Shown piece after piece: positions 53,860 to 64,000 of a DNA stretch of 64,000 nt. Each line of letters starts with the position of its first letter. Positions within the stretch are counted from its first letter, which is position 1. The notes under the pieces were generated by a model, which was not told the DNA's origin, did not search any database, and was given only the letters and a program-made list of their open reading frames with translations. The position numbers were made by a program, and so were the translations under genes. Location: NCBI GenBank assembly GCA_963726265.1, contig CAVSBQ010000002.1, positions 256,001 through 320,000 of the forward strand. Reading direction: 5' to 3'. This stretch comes from Candidatus Aenigmatarchaeota archaeon. Lineage in GTDB: Archaea; Aenigmatarchaeota; Aenigmatarchaeia; QMZP01; QMZT01.

Positions 53860-54707
53860 CTGCAAAAATACTTGACGGCAGGAAACTCTCGAACGAAATA
53901 TGCCTGCAGCTGAAGAGGAAAACCGAGCGCCTTAAAAGCAAAGGGATTATCCCGAGGCTGGACATTATACTTGTCGGAGAGGACGCGGCTTCGAAGCTTT
54001 ACGTGAGGAACAAGATTCGCGCTTCCGAGCAGATAGGCATGAAAGGCGAGCTACACAGCTTTCCGGAAAAAACCAGCGGAGAAAAAGTTGCAAGCCTGAT
54101 AAAAAAGCTCAACGCGGACAAAAACGTGCACGGCATCCTCGTGCAGCTGCCGCTGCCTTCGCATCTTGACGAGCAGAAGATTCTCGATACGATAACGCCG
54201 GAGAAAGATGTCGACGGCCTGACCGCATGCAGCATCGGAAGACTTGCAGGCGGCGAAGCACTGTTCGAGCCGTGCACGCCGAAAGGCATAATGAAGCTCC
54301 TCGATCACGCAAGAATCCCGATCGAGGGGGAAAATGCGGTGGTCATAGGCAGGAGCAACATCGTGGGAAAGCCCATGGCGCTCATGCTGCTGAAAAGGAA
54401 CGCGACCGTGACCATATGCCATTCCAAAACAAAGCGCCTCCAGGAGCACACGAAAAACGCCGACATACTTGTGGCAGCGGTAGGGAAGGCGAACTTCGTT
54501 AAGGAAAGCATGGTGAAGAAAGGCGCGGTCGTCATAGACGCCGGCATAAACCGCAGCGGAGGAAAAATCTGCGGAGACGTTGATTTTGCGAAGGTGAGGG
54601 ACAGGGCATCGGCCATAACGCCCGTACCAGGCGGGGTCGGGCCGCTCACCGTAGCGATGGTTATCGAGAACACGCTGATTGCGGCTGAAAGACTACTCCA
54701 GAAATAG
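53856..54707 (+). CDS. folD: Methylene-THF dehydrogenase/cyclohydrolase
   Basis: GILVQLPLP, KDVDG, PCTP, GRSNIVGKP, TPVPGGVGP. Confidence 0.96.
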   Translation: MTAKILDGRKLSNEICLQLKRKTERLKSKGIIPRLDIILVGEDAASKLYVRNKIRASEQIGMKGELHSFPEKTSGEKVASLIKKLNADKNVHGILVQLPLPSHLDEQKILDTITPEKDVDGLTACSIGRLAGGEALFEPCTPKGIMKLLDHARIPIEGENAVVIGRSNIVGKPMALMLLKRNATVTICHSKTKRLQEHTKNADILVAAVGKANFVKESMVKKGAVVIDAGINRSGGKICGDVDFAKVRDRASAITPVPGGVGPLTVAMVIENTLIAAERLLQK

Positions 54708-55141
54708 CTGCACGCAAGTCTTAAATCCTTTTGCGGAAAATAAGAAAAAATGGGAAAGAACAAGATATTTTCGGTTCACAATCCATATGCCCAAGGCGAG
54801 CGGAGGCTCGGTTTCATATTTCATCTACTTGGTGCACGTAACCCATGGGGGAGTGGGGAACAGTCTGGCGGAAAAAACCAATGGAGTTTATCACAGCGCC
54901 TCCAATAATGTAAAAACCGGCCCGCTTTCACGAGACCAGATGCATCACTGGAATTACGCCTACAAGAGCGGCATAAAAAGCTACAAGATTCTCGGCACAT
55001 TAAGAAAAATTCAGACATGATATATTGCCGCAGGAAACCCAGTCGGAAATTTTCTTCATATGAAACCTATAAAAAACAGAGAATCAGATAATTATTTGTT
55101 ATGAGCATAGTGATGCTTAGGTAATCGTCAGGAGGGTTATT

Positions 55142-55756
55142 ATGACGGTCAAGATAGGTGTTTTGGGTTCGACGAAGGGAACGGACATGCAGGCGCTTAT
55201 AGACGCGATAAGCAGGAAGCAGCTGGACGCGCAGATAGTCTGCGTGATTTCGAACAAGGAAGATGCTTACATTCTCGAGCGCGCGAGGGATCACAGCATA
55301 GAAGCCATATTCCTCGAATACGAGGGAGGGAAACAGATCCTTTTCGACAAGGCTGCCGCCCATGAGTTCGACAAACGCGGCGCGGAACTCATCCTGCTCA
55401 TAGGCTTCATGCGCGTAGTCTCGCCGTGGTTCTGCACCCATTACGAGAACAGGCTCATGAACATCCATCCGTCGCTGCTCCCGCTGTTCGCTGGAGGCAA
55501 AGACCTAAACGTGCACGAAGAGGTCCTTAAAATGGGCCTGAAGGTCACTGGCTGCACGCTCCACTTCGTGACCGCTGACGTGGACAGGGGGCCGATAATC
55601 ATGCAGATGCCCGTACCAGTCGACGACAACGACACGACTGAGTCGCTTAAGGCGAAGGTCCAGGCCGCGGAGCAGAATGTCATGCTCGAGGCCATAAGGC
55701 TCTTCGGCGAGGGCAAGATAAAAGTCGAAGGCAACAAGGTGAAGCTTCTCAGATGA
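55142..55756 (+). CDS. purN: Phosphoribosylglycinamide formyltransferase
   Basis: GFMR, NIHPSLLP, GCTLHFV...DRGPII. Confidence 0.94.
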   Translation: MTVKIGVLGSTKGTDMQALIDAISRKQLDAQIVCVISNKEDAYILERARDHSIEAIFLEYEGGKQILFDKAAAHEFDKRGAELILLIGFMRVVSPWFCTHYENRLMNIHPSLLPLFAGGKDLNVHEEVLKMGLKVTGCTLHFVTADVDRGPIIMQMPVPVDDNDTTESLKAKVQAAEQNVMLEAIRLFGEGKIKVEGNKVKLLR

Positions 55757-57324
55757 AAATAAGACGCGCTCTGATTTCGGTCACGGACAAGAGAGGGATA
55801 GTCGAGTTTGCAAAATCCCTCGAGAAGCTAGATGTTGAAATAATCTCGACCGGGGGGACGGCAAAGGTTCTTAAGGAAAACGGCGTGAGGCTTGTTCCCA
55901 TCGAAGAGTTCACCGGCCTGCCCGAGATGATGGACGGCCGCGTCAAGACGCTGCACCCGAAAGTCCACGGCGGGATTCTCGCTGTCCGCGAAAACAAAAG
56001 CCACATGGAGCAGGCGTCAGGCCACGGCATAAGCATGATAGACATGGTCGTCGTGAACCTGTACGCGTTCAGGAAGACTGTCGAGGCGGGCGCATCGCAC
56101 GAGGAAACTATCGAGAACATAGACATCGGAGGGCCGGCGCTGGTACGCTCGTCCGCCAAGAACTACAGGGACGTCGTCATAGTAACGGACCCGGAAGATT
56201 ACGGCATGGTCCTGGAAAAGATAAAGAAGGACGGGGACGTGGACCTTCGCACCCGTGAGACGCTGGCCCTGAAAGCCTTCAGAATGACAGGCGATTACGA
56301 CAGCGACATTGAAAGCTACCTGTCCAGGAAATTCACCGGCAAGGAAATGATCAGGCTGAAACTGAGCGGGGGAAAAGAGCTTCGCTACGGCGAGAACTGG
56401 CACCAGAAGGCGAAGATTTACGCCGAGGAAGGCGGGGCTTCGATAGCGAACGCAAAGCAGCTCCAGGGCAAGGAGATGTCGTACAACAACTACCTCGACG
56501 CGGAAAGCGCGCTTGACGCCGTGCAGGAGCTTAAAATATTCGGCGGTAATGGAGCGGTCGTCGTGAAGCACACGAACCCGTGCGGTTTCGCCACCGGCGC
56601 TTCGCTCCGGGAGGCGCTCGAGAACGCGTGGAAAGGCGACCCCTTGTCGGCGTTCGGCGGCGTCATAGCGCTAACGAAGCAGGCGGATAAGGAAACGGCA
56701 GAATTCCTAAAGGAAAATTTCGTGGAAATAGTAATCGCTCCGGCTTTCGCGGATAAGGCGCTAGAGGTTTTCAAGGAGAAGAAAAACCTGCGGCTTCTTG
56801 AAGTGCCGGATTTTTCCCCGGAAAATATCCATTTCAGGTTCCTTTCTGGAGCGATACTCCAGCAGGAGAGAGACGAGGGATACACCGACAAAAAGGATTT
56901 CAGGAGCGTGACGAAAATTGATTTTCCTGAAAATAAAAAGGACCTCGCGCTGTTCGCATGCCTCGCGTGCAAGCACACGAAATCGAATGCTATCGTCATC
57001 GCGCGCGAATACAGGCCCGGCTTCTATCACGTGATTGGCATGGGCGCCGGCCAGCCGAACCGCGTCACTTCGCTGAAGATAGCGATAGAAAAGACCAAGG
57101 ACAATCTCAGGCTGATGCACCTTCCGGACCACGAGATTTCAAACTGCGTCCTTGCGAGCGACTCGTTTTTCCCGTTCTCCGATTCAATCGATGAGGCCGA
57201 AAAGCACGGCATCCGCTTCATTGTCCAGCCTGGAGGGTCGGTCAAGGACAGCGAAGTGATAGAAACATGCAACCTCCACGGCATAGCGATGATCTTCACC
57301 GGACGGCGCATGTTCAAGCATTAA
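55753..57324 (+). CDS. purH: Bifunctional AICAR formyltransferase/IMP cyclohydrolase
   Basis: RALISVTDK, GRVKTLHP, IDIGGP, KHTNPCG, QPGGS, RMFKH. Confidence 0.96.
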   Translation: MKIRRALISVTDKRGIVEFAKSLEKLDVEIISTGGTAKVLKENGVRLVPIEEFTGLPEMMDGRVKTLHPKVHGGILAVRENKSHMEQASGHGISMIDMVVVNLYAFRKTVEAGASHEETIENIDIGGPALVRSSAKNYRDVVIVTDPEDYGMVLEKIKKDGDVDLRTRETLALKAFRMTGDYDSDIESYLSRKFTGKEMIRLKLSGGKELRYGENWHQKAKIYAEEGGASIANAKQLQGKEMSYNNYLDAESALDAVQELKIFGGNGAVVVKHTNPCGFATGASLREALENAWKGDPLSAFGGVIALTKQADKETAEFLKENFVEIVIAPAFADKALEVFKEKKNLRLLEVPDFSPENIHFRFLSGAILQQERDEGYTDKKDFRSVTKIDFPENKKDLALFACLACKHTKSNAIVIAREYRPGFYHVIGMGAGQPNRVTSLKIAIEKTKDNLRLMHLPDHEISNCVLASDSFFPFSDSIDEAEKHGIRFIVQPGGSVKDSEVIETCNLHGIAMIFTGRRMFKH

Positions 57325-57349
57325 AAAGCAGAGAGCGATTATTTCTTTT

Positions 57350-58666
57350 ATGAATTACGGGCAGGCGACGGGCTACATACAGCGACTGAACAGGTTCGGC
57401 ATAAAGCTCGGCCTGGAGAGAATCGAAAGGCTGCTTTCGCTTTTGGGCAATCCTCAGGACAGCTTCCGCTCCGTGCTTGTGGCAGGAACGAGCGGCAAAG
57501 GGTCGACTGTGGTCATGCTCGGCTCTGTCCTGAAAGAGGCTGGCTACAGGACGGGCGTTTTCACCAAGCCGCATCTTTTCGATTTCAGGGAACGGATATC
57601 GATTGACGGCAAAATGATTTCTGAAAGGGATTTCGTGCGGCTTGTGAAAAAAATCAAGCCTTACGCAGAAAAGGTCGCAAAGGAATCCGAAAGCCCGACG
57701 TTCTTCGAGTTCGTGACCGCGATGGCCTTCGAACATTTCAGGGAGAAGCGCGTCGACTTCGCCGTCCTTGAAGTCGGGCTTGGAGGAAGGCTGGACGCGA
57801 CGAACGTAGTGAAGCCAGAGGTCTCCGTAATCACGAACGTCTCGCTGGAGCACACCGAAATCCTCGGCGGCACGCCTGAAAAAATCGCAGTGGAAAAGGC
57901 AGGGATAATCAGGAAAAACGGAATTCTCATCACCGCCTCTGAAAACCCAAAGGCGTTCGCGGTGCTTGAAAAAATATGCAGGGAGAGAAACGCGAAATTC
58001 GTCAGGGCGCCGGAGCTGAAGAACGCGAAATCGACGGAGTTTGGGAATGAATTCGATTTTGAAGGGACGAAAATTTCCATTCACCTTGCAGGCAGGTTCC
58101 AGCTTAAGAACGCCGCATGCGCGCTCGCTGCGCTGCGCTCGCTTACGCCGCCGATACCGAGCAGCGCGATAAAAAAAGGTATGGAAAAGGCGAGATGGTC
58201 CGGCCGCTTTGAGCTGATGAAAAACGGAAGGAAGGTCCTGCTCGACGGCGCGAAGGATGTCGAGGCGATGAAAAGCCTCGCGGCCTCGCTGGACCTGATA
58301 AGGCATGAAAGGCTTTACACCGTTTTCGGCGCGTCGAAAGACAAGCTGATCCCGGAAATGCTGCAGGCCATTTCAGGCAAGACGGATTTTTTCGTGCTGA
58401 CGAAGCACAAGGTCATGGGCAGGGGAGTGGAGCCGGCTGAACTGGCAAAGGAAGCACAAAAACACGGGAAGGATTTCCTGATTGCCGATGACGTAAAAAG
58501 TGCGGTGAAAAAGGCGATGCAGCTAGCGGGGAAGAACGACCTTGTCCTGGTCACGGGCTCGCTCTTCACCGTCGCGGAAGCGAGGGAGCTTTGGTTCAGG
58601 AAGAAGGCAAAAATGGGGCGCGAGTTCAACGAGAACGTTTCTGTCAGGCACGCCAAGCAGGACTGA
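57350..58666 (+). CDS. folC: Folylpolyglutamate synthase
   Basis: AGTSGKGST, FRERI, TFFE, EVGLGGRLDATN, TGSLF. Confidence 0.93.
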   Translation: MNYGQATGYIQRLNRFGIKLGLERIERLLSLLGNPQDSFRSVLVAGTSGKGSTVVMLGSVLKEAGYRTGVFTKPHLFDFRERISIDGKMISERDFVRLVKKIKPYAEKVAKESESPTFFEFVTAMAFEHFREKRVDFAVLEVGLGGRLDATNVVKPEVSVITNVSLEHTEILGGTPEKIAVEKAGIIRKNGILITASENPKAFAVLEKICRERNAKFVRAPELKNAKSTEFGNEFDFEGTKISIHLAGRFQLKNAACALAALRSLTPPIPSSAIKKGMEKARWSGRFELMKNGRKVLLDGAKDVEAMKSLAASLDLIRHERLYTVFGASKDKLIPEMLQAISGKTDFFVLTKHKVMGRGVEPAELAKEAQKHGKDFLIADDVKSAVKKAMQLAGKNDLVLVTGSLFTVAEARELWFRKKAKMGREFNENVSVRHAKQD

Positions 58667-58684
58667 GCCTGCAGTTATTTGCTT

Positions 58685-59287
58685 TTATTTTTTGCAGCTG
58701 ATTGTGCCTTTCTCCGTTACTATCTTGTGAACCCTGACGTCGAACCTGTCGGTCGGGATCTGCTCGACTATCTGGAAATCGTAGGCCAGCGCGACAAGCG
58801 GGACGTTCTTCTTGAGCTTCTTGAGAAACCTGTCGTAAAAGCCGCGGCCGTAGCCTATCCTGTTGCCTTTTTTGTCGAAGGCTATGCCGGGGATGATGAC
58901 GAGGTCTATCTTGTCCAGCGGGAATTGCTTCGGATGCATGGGAACGGGTATGCCGAACGCTCCCGGTGAAAGCTCGTTGAGGTCGTGTATCTCCGAAATG
59001 AGCAGCTCCTTATTTTTAGGCTTCGCGAAAGGCACGAGTATCTTCTTGCCTTTCCTGAGGGATTGTGAAATCATCCTGTCGGTCCTGACCTCGCCCTTTA
59101 CGGAAACGTAGAAAAGGATTATGTTGGCTTTGCTGAATTCGGGGAGCTTGAACAGTTTCTCGCGTATGGCGCAGTCCTTGCAGTGCTTTTCGCCCTTCCT
59201 GTGTTTGTCCCTTCTCTCGAGGATTCTCCTACGTATGTGATGCTTCATCCTGTGAATCCTGTGGATGACCCGTTTCATATTATACAT
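58685..59287 (-). CDS. 5-formyltetrahydrofolate cyclo-ligase
   Basis: IPGIAFD..GNRIGYGRGFYDR. Confidence 0.93.
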   Translation of the reverse strand: MYNMKRVIHRIHRMKHHIRRRILERRDKHRKGEKHCKDCAIREKLFKLPEFSKANIILFYVSVKGEVRTDRMISQSLRKGKKILVPFAKPKNKELLISEIHDLNELSPGAFGIPVPMHPKQFPLDKIDLVIIPGIAFDKKGNRIGYGRGFYDRFLKKLKKNVPLVALAYDFQIVEQIPTDRFDVRVHKIVTEKGTISCKK

Positions 59288-59387
59288 AATTGTAGTAACT
59301 AGTTAAAAAACAAGCGCATGTATTCGTATTTTCTATGAAGGAAATTTTTTATTGCCAAGGCCCATAGTTATTGTATTCGGTGAATGC

Positions 59388-59873
59388 ATGTGGGTTGTGG
59401 GAGTAGGCTACATGGAGGGTCACAGGGACCCGCTCGGGGAGAACACGAAAGCAGATATTCTGGGGCTCGGCCTATCCAAGGTCAGCGGCGTCAGGACGCT
59501 GCAGACCTACGTCATCGAAGGCGTGAAAAGGAGCGATGCCGAGCGCGCCGGCAGTGAGCTTCTGGCGGATAGCATATTGCAGTATTTTAACATCGCGCCG
59601 TTCTCGGAGAGCGGGAAGCACCTGAAGGGGCTCGTGAAAAACGTGAGACGTGGCGCCTGGGCGATTGAGGTCTTCTTCAGGCCGGGCGTCATGGACGTCG
59701 CCGGGCTTTCGGTGGCGAAGGCGATAGAAGTGATGGGCATAAAAAATGCGAAGGTCAGGACGGGCACGACCTACATTATTGAAGGCAGTCTCAGCGAAAA
59801 GGACGTCAAAGCCGTCTGCGAAAAATGCCTGGCCAACAAGCTGATACAGACTTATGATTACAGGAAGCTGTGA
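59388..59873 (+). CDS. purS: FGAM synthase PurS subunit, tandem double domain
   Basis: DPLG...LLADSILQ and RPGVMD...LANKLIQTY repeats; directly before purL. Confidence 0.78.
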   Translation: MWVVGVGYMEGHRDPLGENTKADILGLGLSKVSGVRTLQTYVIEGVKRSDAERAGSELLADSILQYFNIAPFSESGKHLKGLVKNVRRGAWAIEVFFRPGVMDVAGLSVAKAIEVMGIKNAKVRTGTTYIIEGSLSEKDVKAVCEKCLANKLIQTYDYRKL

Positions 59874-62266
59874 GGGAAATGAAAACTAAAATCAAAACCG
59901 GCACAAGAGAAATCGCAATACTCGGCATGGACGAGAGGCAGCTGGAATACGTATCGAGTAAGCTCATGCTCGCGCTCAACACTGAGGAGATGCGCAAGAT
60001 TCAGCAGTATTTCAGGAAGCTCGGCCGCAACCCTACGGACATAGAGCTCGAGACGTTCGCGCAGACGTGGTCAGAACATTGCATGCACAAGACCTTCCGC
60101 GGCAACGTCGAATACAATGGGAAGCGGATAGAAAGCCTGCTGAAGACCTACATAATAAAAGCGACGAAGGAGCTCGCCTTCCCATGGTGCGTCCATGTTT
60201 TCGAGGACAACGCGGGCATAGTCAAGCTCGACGACAAGCACAACATAGCGGTGAAGGTCGAGACGCACAACCATCCGAGCGCGCTCGACCCTTACGGCGG
60301 AGCGGGCACGGGTTCAGGCGGCGTTTTCCGCGACGTGATGGGCGTCGGGGCGAAACCGATTCTCTCGACCGACGTCCTGTTTTTCGGCCCTCCTGATTAT
60401 CCGCACGACAAGCTTCCGAAGGGCGTCCTGCACCCGAAGCGTTTGATGAAAGGCGTGGTCGCCGGCATACGCGACTACGGCAACAGGATGGGCATCCCGA
60501 CGGCTAATGGCGGCTTCGGCTTCCATGAAGGTTACATAGGCAACCCGCTGGTTTATGCAGGATGCCTCGGCATAATACCGAAGGAAAAATACGTGCGCGA
60601 CCCGAAGGCGGGAGACAAAGTGGTTCTGGCCGGCGGCCGCACAGGCCGCGACGGCATACACGGCGTGACCTTCGCATCGCTCGAACTCTCGACCGAATCC
60701 GAGAAGACATCTAGCGGCGCAGTCCAGATAGGCAACGCTATCGAAGAAAAACGCGTCCTCGACGGCCTGCTCACGGCAAGGGACAGACGCGGAAAACCCC
60801 TTTATTCAGCGGTCACGGATTGCGGCGGCGGCGGGCTTAGCTCTGCGGTCGGTGAAATGGGCAAGAAGACGGGCGTGAAAGTCTGGCTCGATAAAGTGCC
60901 GCTGAAATACACGGGCCTCGAACCGTGGGAAATCTGGATATCGGAGGCGCAGGAGAGGATGATATTCGCGGTTCCGAAGGCGAACGTTGACGAAGTCCTT
61001 GAAATCTTCAGGAACGAGAACACGGACGCGACCGTAATCGGAGAATTCACGGGCGACGAAAAGCTCACGCTCATGTTCAGGGGGAATGTTATCGGCAAGC
61101 TGGACATGGCTTTCCTGCACGACGGCTTCCCGAAGGTCGAGAGGAAGGCGGAGTTCAAAATAAAGGAATTGCGCGACCCTGACCTTCCGGATGCGAAGGC
61201 TTTCGGCAGCGACCTCAAGGCGATACTCGGCTCGCCGACTGTTGCTAGCAAGGAATGGGTCATAAGGCAATACGACCACGAGGTCCAGGCCAGGACGGTC
61301 GTGAAACCTATCCATGGCCACGGCGGGCCGGGCGACGCATGCGTGCTCAGGCCGCTATATGACAACTGGAAGGGCATCGTCGTCTCGAACGGCTTCAACC
61401 CGAGGTTCTCGGACAACCCTTACGACATGGCGCTATCAGCGATTGACGAGGCCATGCGCAACAACGTGTGCTGCGGAGGTCGACGAATAGCGCTGCTCGA
61501 CAACTTCTCGTGGGGCAATCCCGAGAAGCCCGACCGGCTTGGAGCGTTGGTCGAGGCAGTGAAGGCATGTTACGACGGCGCGAAGGGTTTCCGCGCGCCT
61601 TTCATATCGGGCAAGGATTCTCTTTACAACGAATACAGCCTAGGCAGCAGGCAAAAAACGAAGGCATCAGAAACGATTTCCATACCATATACGCTGGTGG
61701 TGACCGCTGTCGGCGTGATGCCTGACATAAGGAAGGCCGTCACCATGGACTTGAAAGAGGAAGGCAACCCGGTCTATATGGTCGGCGATACGAAGGATGA
61801 AATGGCTGGCTCCCATTATTACATGGTAAAGCGCAGGAAGGGCGGACGTGTTCCCGGCGTCGAATTCCCTGCCGCGAGGACTGCGATGGAAAAGATGACG
61901 GCTGCGATGGACAGAGGCGTCGTGCGCGCATGCCACGACTGCTCGGAGGGCGGGCTCGCCGTTGCCGCCGCGGAGATGTGCTTCGCCGGAGGCCTGGGCA
62001 TGAAAATTGATTTGAAAAAAGTGCTGCAGAAGGGTATCAGGAAAAACTACAAGCTGTTATTCTCCGAGAGCAACTCGAGATTCGTGGTCGAAGTGGAGAA
62101 GGCGAAAGCGCATGAATTCGAGAAGATAATGGAGCACCGCGCCTCGAGAATCGGAGAAGTGACGGCCGACAAAAAGCTGGTTGCCACCGGCCTGAACGGC
62201 GGCAAAGTCTTGAATGAAGATGTTGACGGCCTGAAAAAGGCATGGAGAAAGACTTTCAACTGGTGA
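59870..62266 (+). CDS. purL: FGAM synthase subunit PurL
   Basis: QTWSEHCMHK, VETHNHPS, TGRDGIHG, DCGGGGL, ISGKDSLYN. Confidence 0.96.
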   Translation: MREMKTKIKTGTREIAILGMDERQLEYVSSKLMLALNTEEMRKIQQYFRKLGRNPTDIELETFAQTWSEHCMHKTFRGNVEYNGKRIESLLKTYIIKATKELAFPWCVHVFEDNAGIVKLDDKHNIAVKVETHNHPSALDPYGGAGTGSGGVFRDVMGVGAKPILSTDVLFFGPPDYPHDKLPKGVLHPKRLMKGVVAGIRDYGNRMGIPTANGGFGFHEGYIGNPLVYAGCLGIIPKEKYVRDPKAGDKVVLAGGRTGRDGIHGVTFASLELSTESEKTSSGAVQIGNAIEEKRVLDGLLTARDRRGKPLYSAVTDCGGGGLSSAVGEMGKKTGVKVWLDKVPLKYTGLEPWEIWISEAQERMIFAVPKANVDEVLEIFRNENTDATVIGEFTGDEKLTLMFRGNVIGKLDMAFLHDGFPKVERKAEFKIKELRDPDLPDAKAFGSDLKAILGSPTVASKEWVIRQYDHEVQARTVVKPIHGHGGPGDACVLRPLYDNWKGIVVSNGFNPRFSDNPYDMALSAIDEAMRNNVCCGGRRIALLDNFSWGNPEKPDRLGALVEAVKACYDGAKGFRAPFISGKDSLYNEYSLGSRQKTKASETISIPYTLVVTAVGVMPDIRKAVTMDLKEEGNPVYMVGDTKDEMAGSHYYMVKRRKGGRVPGVEFPAARTAMEKMTAAMDRGVVRACHDCSEGGLAVAAAEMCFAGGLGMKIDLKKVLQKGIRKNYKLLFSESNSRFVVEVEKAKAHEFEKIMEHRASRIGEVTADKKLVATGLNGGKVLNEDVDGLKKAWRKTFNW

Positions 62267-62292
62267 GCGCGGAAAGGGATGATGGTGAAAAG

Positions 62293-63045
62293 ATGGTAAA
62301 AACGCTTGTGCTGCGCGTCGATGGGACGAACTGTGACGAAGAGACTGCGTACGCTTTCAAGCTCGCGGGCTCCGAAACCGAAGTCGTCCACATCAACGAG
62401 CTGATACGGGGGAGGAAAGCGCTGGAGGATTTCCAGATAGTCGCGATACCGGGCGGCTTCGCGCACGGCGACGACGTCGCTTCAGGCAAGATACTCGCCA
62501 CCCTGATAAGGTTCAAACTCAACAGGGATTTCATAAGGTTCATAGAAAGCGGGCGGCTGGTCATAGGCATATGCAACGGCTTCCAGGCTATCGTGAAGGC
62601 CGGACTTTTGCCTGCATTCGCCGGCTTCGGACGGCAGGAAGCCACGCTGGCCGGCAACGACTCCGGCTATTTCATCGACAGGTGGGTCCGCCTGCGACTC
62701 GTCAACAAGGGCAAGTGCATTTTCACGCGCGGCATGAAGGGCGAGATATTCGTGCCCGTAAACCACGGCGAGGGGAAGTTCGTCGCGTCTCCGGAAATAA
62801 TAAGAAAACTGGAAGCAAAGGACCAAGTCGTCTTCAGGTATGTCGACAACCCGAACGGCTCGCTCAACGACATCGCGGGCATATGCAACACTGAAGGCAA
62901 CGTGTTCGGCCTCATGCCGCACCCGGAAAAATTCGTATCGAAATACACGCACCCCCACTGGACGAGGGTCAGGAACCTGCCGGAGGAGGGCGACGGCCTG
63001 GCTATTTTCAAGAATGCCGTCGCATACGCGAGAAGGAAATTCTGA
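62293..63045 (+). CDS. purQ: FGAM synthase glutaminase subunit PurQ
   Basis: GTNCD, PGGF, GICNGFQ, NPNGS, MPHPE. Confidence 0.96.
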   Translation: MVKTLVLRVDGTNCDEETAYAFKLAGSETEVVHINELIRGRKALEDFQIVAIPGGFAHGDDVASGKILATLIRFKLNRDFIRFIESGRLVIGICNGFQAIVKAGLLPAFAGFGRQEATLAGNDSGYFIDRWVRLRLVNKGKCIFTRGMKGEIFVPVNHGEGKFVASPEIIRKLEAKDQVVFRYVDNPNGSLNDIAGICNTEGNVFGLMPHPEKFVSKYTHPHWTRVRNLPEEGDGLAIFKNAVAYARRKF

Positions 63046-63122
63046 AGCCGCAGAGGCAGCAGTAAAATATTTAAAGTAGTCCTACAAAATAATTAATTAA
63101 ATATAAACAGGAGTTAGATAAA

Positions 63123-63299
63123 ATGGCGTTTAGAGAAAGACGTTTCGAAGAAAGATCGGAAAGAAGAGACTTCAGACCACGCGAGATGCACAAAGCTGTT
63201 TGTTCTGAGTGCGGAAAAGAGTGCGAAGTCCCGTTCAAGCCCACAGAGGGCAGACCGGTTTTCTGCAGAGACTGCTTTGCAAAAAGGAAGAGATTTTAG
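63123..63299 (+). CDS. CxxC-x17-CxxC zinc-binding protein (58 aa, not in ORF track)
   Basis: REMHKAVCSECGKECEVPFKPTEGRPVFCRDCF. Confidence 0.9.
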   Translation: MAFRERRFEERSERRDFRPREMHKAVCSECGKECEVPFKPTEGRPVFCRDCFAKRKRF

Positions 63300-63413
63300 A
63301 AGGGGACGCGCAGGTAGTTAGCCCGGATGCTTCGAAGTCCGGGCATTAATGCGTGAACTGGTTTAGCTGAAGCCACGTCTGAAAAAGAAATTAGCTAAAA
63401 CAAAAAAAAGCAG

Positions 63414-64000
63414 CTAAAGCGCTACCGCGATGAGCGCGCAGATGACTATCGCGGCTGCCGAAACCAGAAGCCCGGCCTTGATAAGGTCCTTGAGCCTGAC
63501 ATAGCTGGTGGAATAGGCGATCGTCGTCGGCGGCGTGCCGCTCGGCATTATGAAGTCAAGCGATACGCCCACGCCCGCCAGCAGCGCGAGCATCCTCGGA
63601 TTGACGCCTGCCACGACGGCAAGCGGAATCATCATAGGTACCATCACCGACGCCGCGGCCGTGTTGCTGGCGAAGGCGGTAAGCGCGACGCCGAAGGTTA
63701 TTATGACAAGCGCCACTACCAGCGCGGGCTGGCTCGTTATAGCGCCTCCAAGAACGTTGGCCATGGTCACGTCAAGGCTCGATGCGTGCATGGCGAAGCC
63801 GAGCGAGATGCCGCCGCCTATCAGGATGAGCGACGGCCAGTCGAGCTTCCTGAAGTCTTCCGTGTTGAGCAGGCCGAAGGCGTAGAGAAGGAAGATGGGC
63901 ACGAGCGAAATCGTGCCTATGTCAAGCTTGTGGATTTCCGTCGTCAGCCACAGCACGACCGTAATCGCGAAAATGGCCAGCACTTCCTTCTGTTTTTTGT
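63414..64000 (-). CDS. DASS/SLC13 sodium-coupled anion symporter (5' end outside window)
   Basis: LWLT, LDW..LILIGGG, ASNTA, MPSGTPP. Confidence 0.88.
   Translation of the reverse strand, partial: KKQKEVLAIFAITVVLWLTTEIHKLDIGTISLVPIFLLYAFGLLNTEDFRKLDWPSLILIGGGISLGFAMHASSLDVTMANVLGGAITSQPALVVALVIITFGVALTAFASNTAAASVMVPMMIPLAVVAGVNPRMLALLAGVGVSLDFIMPSGTPPTTIAYSTSYVRLKDLIKAGLLVSAAAIVICALIAVAL

Noticed and set aside
54679..55020. ORF between folD and purN
   Set aside because: No credible start in frame and no recognisable motif; possibly a frameshifted small gene, but unsupported.

Overview
Archaeal chromosomal window. TBP, Alba, GatDE, Kae1, Hef, deoxyhypusine synthase, CarS and archaeal TrpRS/TyrRS establish the domain; a DPANN-like lineage is only my inference. 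Most of the window is housekeeping: translation, RNA processing, DNA repair, and a large folate-dependent de novo purine cluster. Two AT-richer accessory blocks stand out. (1) 627-8150 holds about 11 type IV pilin-like genes. One ends in a frameshift-masked lytic transglycosylase (SLT/GH23) domain and another in an M23 zinc endopeptidase, so two complementary bacterial peptidoglycan-cleaving enzymes sit on pilin-type N-termini in an archaeon. (2) 23340-27889 is a three-gene operon: a five-repeat HTH protein, an SNF2 ATPase fused to a SAM methyltransferase, and an alkyladenine-glycosylase-like protein lacking its catalytic Glu. Also present are tRNA-Leu(TAA) with two BHB introns, tRNA-Ala(CGC) with a T-loop intron, and a MenAT-like nucleotidyltransferase pair plus HD protein between gatD and gatE. 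Several conserved genes (scpB, guaB, purA, gatD, gatE, purF, purD) carry small frameshifts, most likely assembly indel errors, so split ORFs should not be read as pseudogenes without read-level checks. All family assignments are by motif recognition by eye; no searches were run.
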